Shown: positions 19,595 to 28,081 of the stretch, in pieces
Position numbering within the stretch: position 1 is the stretch's first letter
How the letters are laid out: each line of letters opens with the position of its first letter
Assembly (NCBI GenBank): GCA_018238155.1
Contig: JABCTZ010000003.1
Location: forward strand, 32,001 to 96,000
Source: Candidatus Heimdallarchaeota archaeon
Lineage (GTDB): Archaea > Asgardarchaeota > Heimdallarchaeia > JABLTI01
Direction: 5' to 3'
Length of the DNA stretch: 64,000 nucleotides
The notes under the pieces: generated by a model
Database searches by the model: none
What the model was told of the DNA's origin: nothing
The model's input: only the letters and a program-made list of their open reading frames with translations
Made by a program: the position numbers and the translations under genes

Positions 19595-20608
19595 TTACTT
19601 CTTCTCTGCTTGTTTAACAACTTCTTCTGGGAGATGTATAGCAAATAAACATCTAGAATCACCATCTAGAATTGTTTCTAATACTTCAACTTCAATGGGT
19701 TGATTCAATATTACATCCCATTGATTCTTATAGTAACCTGCACTGCATTTGCAAAACTTTGAAGGCACATCTATTTCTCCCGTCTTCAGCGCTTCTCTAA
19801 CCCACGCACAATGACAATAGAAATATTTTTTCATATTTTCATCTGTTTCATTTAGGGATTTCTTTGTCAAATAGGGGATTTTCTCAGTGTAAAGAATATT
19901 ACCTTTTCTTACTCCACCTTCAATTTGTGGATTATTCTTCACATGCTTTACTACTTCATCATCAACTTCTTGAGTATAAAATAACGTTTGATCATCTCGA
20001 TGCTTTTCTAAAATCTTGATAAAATTGGTATGTCTTTCAGCTAGATATTCATCAATATTCTTTGCCTCAAGGAACTTTTCTCTTTGCCTGTTATAGCTTT
20101 CCTTTGGAATACCATGAAGATTACTAACTAATATTTTATGACAAGTTTTTTCATCTAGATTTTCTTCAAGACGTTGAATAACTTTCTTTGTTATCACTGG
20201 TTTTTTCACTGAAAGTGTGCCTAGAACTGGGAAATCAATCCCTTGCAAAATTTTTTTGCTTTTTTCTTCTCCAACAACTTCAGATAATTCTCTTGTTAAA
20301 TTTACAAGAACATCACTACCGTCTAATAATTCATATAATGCGATAAGCATATTTTCGTTCCCTAAGAAACCACAATATCTGATCAAAGCATAAAAAGTCT
20401 CTTTACTATTATTGCCGGTATCAATTAGATGTTGAGCATATTTATGAACGTCTTTCTCATTAACAGTATCAATATTCCTTCGAATATCGTGCAGAAAGTT
20501 ATTGAAGTGTTCTATCTTCTCTATAGTCTCTTCAATTATTTCTTTCTTATACTCCTTCTCTTCACAGAATTTTCTAAAATCGTCAATATTCATTTCTAAT
20601 ATTTCCAT
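19595..20608 (-). CDS. DUF6144-like protein (Cys-rich, V4R-like C-terminus)
   Basis: YCHCAWVR, FCKCSAGY, VEVLETILDGDSRCLFAIHLP. Confidence 0.65.
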   Translation of the reverse strand: MEILEMNIDDFRKFCEEKEYKKEIIEETIEKIEHFNNFLHDIRRNIDTVNEKDVHKYAQHLIDTGNNSKETFYALIRYCGFLGNENMLIALYELLDGSDVLVNLTRELSEVVGEEKSKKILQGIDFPVLGTLSVKKPVITKKVIQRLEENLDEKTCHKILVSNLHGIPKESYNRQREKFLEAKNIDEYLAERHTNFIKILEKHRDDQTLFYTQEVDDEVVKHVKNNPQIEGGVRKGNILYTEKIPYLTKKSLNETDENMKKYFYCHCAWVREALKTGEIDVPSKFCKCSAGYYKNQWDVILNQPIEVEVLETILDGDSRCLFAIHLPEEVVKQAEKK

Positions 20609-20833
20609 TTGTTTATTGTTATTATACTAGGAGAGGTATATTAGATTTCTCATATTTTTGAGAATTATCTTTCACCTCGGTGGGAAATTTGCCCCCCTAG
20701 GAAGTATATTCTTTTTCAGCTTAAGATAGTGGTTTCTATCTATTTTTAAACAAAAAAAAAATTCGAATCAATTATTAATTTGGACTTCAATCAGCAAAAA
20801 AATGTAATCTTTATTTATTAGAAAGTAATAATA

Positions 20834-21388
20834 TTGCATATGGAACTTGATAATGCAATTACAAATAGAAGATCAATACGGAAATTCAAACCTGACCCTT
20901 TGAATAAAGAGTCTATTGAAGCAATACTTGACGCTGGTAATAAAGCACCTTCTGCAAAAAATAGTCAGCAATGGCGATTTCATGTGTTTCATGGAGAGGC
21001 AAAGGATAATTTCGCTAAATTCTGTTTACAGGAATTTAAAAAAATAGAAAATCATCCTCAAGTACATCAGTACGCAAAAAACAGCTTTAAAATAATGGAT
21101 CAGGCTCCAGTAAATATCCTTGTCTATAATGCTCATCCATTGCCATTTCAAGCAAAACCTGATATTCAATCAGTTTCAGCAGCAATTCAAAATATGTTAT
21201 TGAAAGCATATAGTTTAGGTTTGGGCTCTCTTTGGATATGTGATATTCTCTACATTGATGCTGCAGTGAATGAATATCTCAAAACTGATATGCAACTTAT
21301 TGCTGCAATAGCATTTGGTTATACAGATAGCAACCCAAGAGATATTAGAAAATTAACTGTAGAAGATGTAACAGTTTGGCATGAATAA
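20834..21388 (+). CDS. Nitroreductase family protein
   Basis: RRSIRKF, APSAKNSQQWRF, AAIQNMLLKAYSLGLGSLW. Confidence 0.92.
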   Translation: MHMELDNAITNRRSIRKFKPDPLNKESIEAILDAGNKAPSAKNSQQWRFHVFHGEAKDNFAKFCLQEFKKIENHPQVHQYAKNSFKIMDQAPVNILVYNAHPLPFQAKPDIQSVSAAIQNMLLKAYSLGLGSLWICDILYIDAAVNEYLKTDMQLIAAIAFGYTDSNPRDIRKLTVEDVTVWHE

Positions 21389-22451
21389 CTTAATTGCTAG
21401 TTCATTCTATTATAATTCCACTCCCAGAGCATTCGACCAAGCAAAAAAAGCATTTTATATTTATGAGGTAATCAACTTGACGGATTCGAAAATCAATGAA
21501 GAAGCTCATTTGCGAGATTTAGTTAGTAGAGAATCAGATAACGTTCAAGCATGGGCGAATCTCGGGAAAGTCTTGAATATCAAAAACGATTTCATTGGTG
21601 CTGCAGAAGCATTAAGCACCGCTTTAGAATTAAAACCAGATGATGAATGGATTCTATTTGAATATGGATATGCTCTAAGTATGCAAGATGATTTTGATAA
21701 AGCAGAGATGGTCTATCGTAAGCTTCTTACAACGAAACCAAACCAAATTAGTATCTGGTATAATCTAGCTTTGATTTTGAATAAAAAACAAGATTGGGAA
21801 GCTACACGAGAGACTTATTTGAAAATTATTGAACTTGAGCCAAACGATAAGCATTCTTGGTTAAATTATGGTGTTCTATTAAATAGATTGGGGGAGTTTG
21901 AAGAAGCAGAAAAAGCTTTCAGAAAAGCATTAGCAATTGATTCAAAATACACAAAAGCAGCTCTAAATCTTGGTCTCTTATTAGAAGAGGATCTTAAAAA
22001 AGTAAGTGCTGCCGCAGAAGTGTACAAACAATCTTTCGCAGAAAACCCTTACTGTATTCTCTTACTGGTTCATTATTATAGAGCAATAGGAAACAATAGG
22101 TATCTACCAACAATTATCGATGCCCAACCAAAGAAAGATTTTTCTTTTGAAGGATTCAAAGCAGTTGTTGTAGATGAGATTGATAGTATCGGTAAAATTG
22201 AATACGACTACCTTTTGCTCCTATATGATGATAAATCGAGTGAACCTCTCTTTTATGTTTCTTTGGAACGAAACTCTCTATTCATAGAATTAGGTCCACC
22301 TTCCCATTTTCTATGTGGATTTGACGAAACTGGTCATCAGAATTATGGTGGTTTTGAGGAAGAAACCAATTTAGATAATTTTACAAAGAAGGCATTAGAA
22401 ATTGTCGGAAACAAATACAAAATTGCTAAAGAAAAACTACATCTCAAATAA
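21381..22451 (+). CDS. TPR-repeat protein with an unknown C-terminal domain
   Basis: Repeats AWANLG, IWYNLA, SWLNYG, AALNLG; likely start is TTG 21477 after GAGGT. Confidence 0.85.
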   Translation: MNNLIASSFYYNSTPRAFDQAKKAFYIYEVINLTDSKINEEAHLRDLVSRESDNVQAWANLGKVLNIKNDFIGAAEALSTALELKPDDEWILFEYGYALSMQDDFDKAEMVYRKLLTTKPNQISIWYNLALILNKKQDWEATRETYLKIIELEPNDKHSWLNYGVLLNRLGEFEEAEKAFRKALAIDSKYTKAALNLGLLLEEDLKKVSAAAEVYKQSFAENPYCILLLVHYYRAIGNNRYLPTIIDAQPKKDFSFEGFKAVVVDEIDSIGKIEYDYLLLLYDDKSSEPLFYVSLERNSLFIELGPPSHFLCGFDETGHQNYGGFEEETNLDNFTKKALEIVGNKYKIAKEKLHLK

Positions 22452-22537
22452 TTAATTTTCAGTTTTATCATTAAAATAATGATTTTAGAGGAGAACCTGT
22501 ACAATCTTCAATATCTGTTAACAAAAATTAGTTGTTT

Positions 22538-23869
22538 CTATGAAATTATAACGAGAATTTCATTGATATATTCTTTTAAATATGCTAATGTTTCAGTTTT
22601 CATTTGTTCTTTTTTCTGTTGATTCTGCCCATGAGCAATAGCTACGTCATAAGCATTGTAAGCTGTATGGAATTGTTGAATCACAGTTAAATTATCTTGA
22701 GATTGCTTTAAATGGTTTACAAATTCATTAACAGTAGCGATTTCAATTGCGTTTTGTAAAATTGTCCGAGCTTCTTCGTAAGAATTTGCTGCTGCCTTGA
22801 GCATAGCTTTTAGGTTGAGGAAGATGAGCTTGTAGGTAGTGGAATTTATTTCCTTAGTAATCTTCAATGCTTCTTCGACATCAACTGTAGCATCCTCCAC
22901 CATGTTTTGGTCTAGTTCTATCATAATTTTTACTGCAAGATTTTTAATTAAAAATTCGAAATCCATTGAATCTTCTGTTGATTTGAGGATCTCATTTGCT
23001 TCATCTACGAGAGCAAGTGCTCCCCGCCAGTCATTCTTTGATTTAAATAATAAGAATGCGTATACAGTCTTTGTTTGAGCTGTAGATGATTTAATATCGA
23101 GTTCTTTTGCTAGTTGTAGTGCTTTTACAATCTCCACTTCCGCTTCCTCGAAATTTTCTAGTAGCGTTAATACTTCTGTAAGACTAGTTGAGAGTTGTAC
23201 AGACCATGTCCGTAGATTTGCTTTCTTTGCAATTATAGCTGCTTCCTCGAAATTTGCAAGCGCTTTTTCATGCATAAGAAAGTCCTTGTGGAGATTCCCC
23301 ATATTACCATAAGCACAGATAATTCCTCCAAGGCTCTGTGTTTTCTGACTTAATTCTAGACTTTGCTTGACATATTGCATTGATAAATCAAAATCTCCTT
23401 TAATGCGGAAAATTATTGCTAAAATATTTGTAACCCTACCGTAAACATTTAGTTCATATTTATTCATCGAAGGTATCTTTTCAATGACATCCAATGCTTC
23501 AAGTAGATATTTTTGACCTGTATTTAAGTCACCTTTTGTCATGTATATTATCCCAAGTGCTGCTAAAGCATCAAGTTTCATTGTTCCATCATTTGAATGA
23601 TGTTCAATCAATTCCAAATACCTTTGTCTTCCTTCCTCGAATCTTCTCATTGCCATAAGAATGGTTCCCTCTAGTGATATTCCTTTTCCCTTGAGAAGAG
23701 AGTCATTGATTTGTAAGGCATTTCGTTGGATTCTTTTAGCATACATTAAGGCAATTTGAAATTCCCCTTGTCCCAGTTTTAATGTTCCAGCATCTAATAA
23801 TCGTTCCATTTCCTTTCGAAATTCTTTTTTATACTTCTTGGAATATGGTTTCTTTTTTGGAATCATCAA
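22538..23869 (-). CDS. TPR-repeat (MalT-like TPR) protein
   Basis: ALAALGIIYMTKGD, ILAIIFRIKGD, AYGNMGNLH repeats. Confidence 0.8.
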   Translation of the reverse strand: MMIPKKKPYSKKYKKEFRKEMERLLDAGTLKLGQGEFQIALMYAKRIQRNALQINDSLLKGKGISLEGTILMAMRRFEEGRQRYLELIEHHSNDGTMKLDALAALGIIYMTKGDLNTGQKYLLEALDVIEKIPSMNKYELNVYGRVTNILAIIFRIKGDFDLSMQYVKQSLELSQKTQSLGGIICAYGNMGNLHKDFLMHEKALANFEEAAIIAKKANLRTWSVQLSTSLTEVLTLLENFEEAEVEIVKALQLAKELDIKSSTAQTKTVYAFLLFKSKNDWRGALALVDEANEILKSTEDSMDFEFLIKNLAVKIMIELDQNMVEDATVDVEEALKITKEINSTTYKLIFLNLKAMLKAAANSYEEARTILQNAIEIATVNEFVNHLKQSQDNLTVIQQFHTAYNAYDVAIAHGQNQQKKEQMKTETLAYLKEYINEILVIIS

Positions 23870-23988
23870 CTTACCTCCTATCTTAGCTATAATCTATTCT
23901 TATGTCATTTTTTTTCTAACTGATATATTATCTTCAATCTAATTAAATCAATTGGAAAAATCATCAGCAGGTAAAGGCTAAAATTTAC

Positions 23989-24951
23989 TTAATAGTTTGA
24001 TTCTAATCTATTTAATATCCTATAAACAAGAAAAGTTATCCAAGGAGAAGGCTCTTTTTTCTGCCCAAAATCCCATCCTTTGGATGCTCTCCAAACGGAT
24101 TCAGCAGAAAAGAATCCATTGGTATCTGCTTTTGCCTTCATAATAGAAATCATTTCTAAAAATCGTTCATCTTTGTGCAAACTTTGTAGCTGGCTAAGGA
24201 CGTCCATCAAATGAATTATGTCGTACCAATTCATCGGCGCTTTCAATTTTTTAAAATCGGTACCCATCCCAAATAAATATGGTTTACGTTCTTTCCGTTG
24301 ATTCCATAAACCGAGTAGTACTTCTGCTCCTTCTCTTGAGATTTTATCATTCTTCCATTTTGGATGTTGAATTAAAGCTTTCAAAGAGATTAGATTAGCA
24401 TACGGACAAGGATCACCTTTTCTTCCCGGTCCTCGAAATTTGCCTATTTTCTCAGAAGCTGTGCAGTGCCAACCATTCTCTTTCTTCAGACCGACTAAAT
24501 GCTCATATGATTTTTCCATTTTATCTGTTCTTTCCAAACCCAATTTCATCAATGAATACAAAACTGTTGGAGTATCACAAAGCATCCATACGGATTCATC
24601 CTCTCCTGAACCACCAAAATGAGTTGGTATATTCATAATAATCTCAAAAGCTCCTTCTGGTGATTGAGTTTTGAGTATTCGTTTGATAATTTCTCCTATT
24701 TTTGAGTCTTCTTTTCTCAATCCAATGTCAGCTAGAAATGATAATTTGTGAATTGAATGTTTAGCATCATTATGCCGTTTTAAAACTGCACCAGGCCAAT
24801 GTAATAATTCTTCAATGATAGTTGCTACTCTCTGATCGTCAATAATTTTTGATCTGATTTCACAATTTTTTTCACTCGTGCTCTTTTCTTTAAAAAATTC
24901 AATTCTTGTATTGTATTCTATATAATGTTCAGATTGTAAAAGCCAGTCCAA
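23989..24951 (-). CDS. Hypothetical protein, prenyltransferase/terpene-cyclase-like alpha-barrel
   Basis: QSPEGAF, KENGWHC, PCPYAN, WYDIIHLMDVLS, PSPWIT. Confidence 0.55.
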   Translation of the reverse strand: MDWLLQSEHYIEYNTRIEFFKEKSTSEKNCEIRSKIIDDQRVATIIEELLHWPGAVLKRHNDAKHSIHKLSFLADIGLRKEDSKIGEIIKRILKTQSPEGAFEIIMNIPTHFGGSGEDESVWMLCDTPTVLYSLMKLGLERTDKMEKSYEHLVGLKKENGWHCTASEKIGKFRGPGRKGDPCPYANLISLKALIQHPKWKNDKISREGAEVLLGLWNQRKERKPYLFGMGTDFKKLKAPMNWYDIIHLMDVLSQLQSLHKDERFLEMISIMKAKADTNGFFSAESVWRASKGWDFGQKKEPSPWITFLVYRILNRLESNY

Positions 24952-25085
24952 TGTTACTTATTCCATAATTCACACAAACCAATTACTATAATTTCAATAC
25001 AATTTATAAGAATTGCAAATTAAAAAGTTATATGAGTAAAAATAACCATTCATCTAATATTAAAAAATAGAGACAAAGAATTATT

Positions 25086-25925
25086 CTATTTCTTTTTTTT
25101 TGCTTCTTTTTTCATCATTCGATTCATTTTCATTGCACCATGGATGAGCTTGAAAAGTGAGAATCCTCTGAAATTTGCTCCGTTTTTATTGTTCTCTGGT
25201 AAAACAAAGGGAATGACTGCTAAGCAGCTTTTACGAATATCACCAGACATATACTCAAATGCTAGTTCTATGTTAGTATCCATTTCTTCATTTGATTTCC
25301 AACCTGAAACTATTTTCACATCTTTAGACAGATTCGTTTTCAACATGCCTGGCTGGTAGATGTTGATTGTAATGTCCTCCTCTCTTTGAGAGAGTTCAAG
25401 AGCTAAACATTTCGAGAAAGCAACTAATCCTCCTTTTGAAGCAGAATAGAGAGTCATATTTTCAAGTGGTCTATCAGCACCACCACCTGAAAGAGTAATA
25501 ATTCGCCCATACTTTTGCTTGATCATCCCAGGTAAAACCGCAGAAATGGTATTCAATGTTCCAATTAAATTAGTACCAATAATTATTTTTGCATCTTCAG
25601 CTACTTCTTCCGGAGTTAAGTAATTAAATGGACCATATCTACGATTTAAACCTGCATTAGCCACTAGAATTCTAACGGAGCCAAATTTCTTAACTGTTTT
25701 CTGGACTGCATTTTTTAGTGTTTTTGTATCAGAAACATCACAAGTAAAACCAATCACAGAATCTCCGAATTTTTCTTTCAATTCTTCAACTGTTTTCTTT
25801 ACTTTATCTGCATTTCTCGAACAGATTGATACTTTGCATCCTTCTTCAAGAAAAGTTCTTGCTAATTCTTTTCCAATCCCACTTGTTGAACCTGTAATAA
25901 TTGCTGTTTCATTTTTCATCTTCAT
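25086..25925 (-). CDS. Short-chain dehydrogenase/reductase
   Basis: ITGSTSGIG, ANAG, YSASK. Confidence 0.92.
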   Translation of the reverse strand: MKMKNETAIITGSTSGIGKELARTFLEEGCKVSICSRNADKVKKTVEELKEKFGDSVIGFTCDVSDTKTLKNAVQKTVKKFGSVRILVANAGLNRRYGPFNYLTPEEVAEDAKIIIGTNLIGTLNTISAVLPGMIKQKYGRIITLSGGGADRPLENMTLYSASKGGLVAFSKCLALELSQREEDITINIYQPGMLKTNLSKDVKIVSGWKSNEEMDTNIELAFEYMSGDIRKSCLAVIPFVLPENNKNGANFRGFSLFKLIHGAMKMNRMMKKEAKKKK

Positions 25926-26027
25926 TTTTATCAGTCTAACGTTATTCCATGAAAATATAAGATATCCGTATTAGATTATAACAAGTTTAGACCTAAGATT
26001 AAAAAAACAAAATGGTTCAGTTTTAAT

Positions 26028-27239
26028 TTGATAAAAATGACTGCTCTAATTCTTAAAACAAATGATTTTGAATCAATCCTTATCACTAAAGCCCAAGGTT
26101 CCTGGGTTTGGGATACAGACGGGAAGAAGTATTTGGATTGTGTGTCTGGAACATGGACTTGTAATTTGGGGCACAAGCATTCAAAAGTTCTTCAAGATAT
26201 GAAGAAACAAATGGATAATATAATACATCGCTGTATGAGATTCCACACACCAACAACACTCAAAGCTGCAGAACAAGTGCTAGATTTTCTACCAAATAAA
26301 TATGATAAAATCACCTTCTTAAATAGCGGAAGTGAAGCAATGGAATTTGCAATTTCATTTGCACGAAATATAAGGAATAAAACAAAGATATTATCACTGA
26401 AGGATTCATATTTAGGAGCTTTTGGTGTTGCTAAGGAGTCCTCTTACACATCCACAAAAGCATCAAAACTGAAAATACCTTATCCTGAATGCAATTCAGC
26501 AAACTGCAATTGTTTAGCTGATTTTGAAACATTAATTAATCATATCATGGAAAATTACTCCTCAGAACTAGCGTGTTTTGTTCTTGAACCAATAATGGTA
26601 TCTGGTGGAATTCATAAAGCATGCAATAAATTCATTTCTAAATTATGCTTGCAATTACAGAAAGTAGGTGTTCTAGTTATTGCAAACGAAGTGACTACGG
26701 GATTTGGTCGTTCCGGTTTTAGATTTGGTCACCAATATTTCGATATTAATCCAGACATTGTTGTTATGGGTAAAGCTCTGGGAAATGGTTATCCTGTAAG
26801 TGCAATTGCAACTCGTTCAATTTTAGAATCAAAACTTAATCAGTCGGATTATTATTATGCTCAATCCCATCAATTGGATCCATTGGGAACAGCAGTAGCA
26901 AATTCTGTTGTAGGTGTGTTCAAAGATGAACAAATTATTGAAAAAAGTCAAGATAAAATTAAGCAATTTAATACGTTCTTCAAATCATTATTATATCCCT
27001 TTATCAAAGCAGTCAGATCTTATGGTATGATATTTGGCGTTCAAATTCAACCTCTAGAAGGTAAGACTTGCAAGGAATTAATACTCGAGATAAAAGATGC
27101 TCTTTTAGAGGAAGGTATACTAATCGGTATTAGTTTGGGGAAAGAATTGCTACGTCTTTTACCATCACTCACGATAACAGATGATGATATTAAATTCTTT
27201 ATGAAGAAATTTGTGAACGTATTGGATAAAGTAGAATGA
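26028..27239 (+). CDS. Class-III PLP-dependent aminotransferase (divergent)
   Basis: GSWVWDTDGKKYLD, NLGH, NSGSEA, LEPI, TGFGRSG, PDIVVMGKALGNG. Confidence 0.88.
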   Translation: MIKMTALILKTNDFESILITKAQGSWVWDTDGKKYLDCVSGTWTCNLGHKHSKVLQDMKKQMDNIIHRCMRFHTPTTLKAAEQVLDFLPNKYDKITFLNSGSEAMEFAISFARNIRNKTKILSLKDSYLGAFGVAKESSYTSTKASKLKIPYPECNSANCNCLADFETLINHIMENYSSELACFVLEPIMVSGGIHKACNKFISKLCLQLQKVGVLVIANEVTTGFGRSGFRFGHQYFDINPDIVVMGKALGNGYPVSAIATRSILESKLNQSDYYYAQSHQLDPLGTAVANSVVGVFKDEQIIEKSQDKIKQFNTFFKSLLYPFIKAVRSYGMIFGVQIQPLEGKTCKELILEIKDALLEEGILIGISLGKELLRLLPSLTITDDDIKFFMKKFVNVLDKVE

Positions 27240-27531
27240 TTTAATAATTACTAATAACATCGGATAATTATATTGAGGTAATTCTCTGATTTCTTTCTTA
27301 AATAACAGATAATCTTTGTTATTAACTCATTCTTTCTGACAAAAATAAACAATACTCGGTCTTTTCTCGACAAAAAAGCTGAGAAGATACTTTTTTTCAA
27401 ACACAATAATAATCTTATTATATAATGAAAATCTTTAAAGAATTGTTGTTTAAGCAATTTGGGGCAAGAGAAAGATTATGTTTAATTATATCCAAATTTT
27501 TTAAGCAATTTGAAATAAATGGAGAAATAGA

Positions 27532-28044
27532 TTGATGAAGAGAAATAAAATAACTACATACTTAGTAATTTTTATGATAGGAATTAGTTTCCTTATTCCA
27601 TGTTTAGTGAATATTATCAACGTAAATGCAATAGGACATACTAAAATTAAAATAACTTGGTATCAATATTATTGCACCGAAGATTATGATGCCGACAACA
27701 ACGGTAATTTTTACATACAAGCAAAATTTTATAAAAATGACAATATACGTTACCGAAAGACTGTTGGAAAAACCATTACTCCAACAGTTCTCGCAACACC
27801 TGATAGATATATCATAATTTATAATTTACAGGAAGGTACTAATTTAGGAATTCGATTAATGGAAAATGATTTCATGAATGCGGATGATTGTGTGGTAACC
27901 GATTATATAAAAGATCAAGGTTATTATAATGATGGTTATTACAAGAATTTCTATATATCAGCTTCTTTTGAGTCATTTGATGGATATATATATAGTGCTT
28001 ACAATAGTGACTGGATCAAAATATCAATAATAAATCTAGGATAA
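27532..28044 (+). CDS. Secreted protein, C2-domain-like (paralog 1)
   Basis: Basic plus hydrophobic signal peptide; DYDADNNGNFYI, RKT, IRLMENDFMNADD. Confidence 0.65.
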   Translation: MMKRNKITTYLVIFMIGISFLIPCLVNIINVNAIGHTKIKITWYQYYCTEDYDADNNGNFYIQAKFYKNDNIRYRKTVGKTITPTVLATPDRYIIIYNLQEGTNLGIRLMENDFMNADDCVVTDYIKDQGYYNDGYYKNFYISASFESFDGYIYSAYNSDWIKISIINLG

Positions 28045-28081
28045 AAATGAACAATTCAAATTTATCCTTTTTTTTGAAAAA

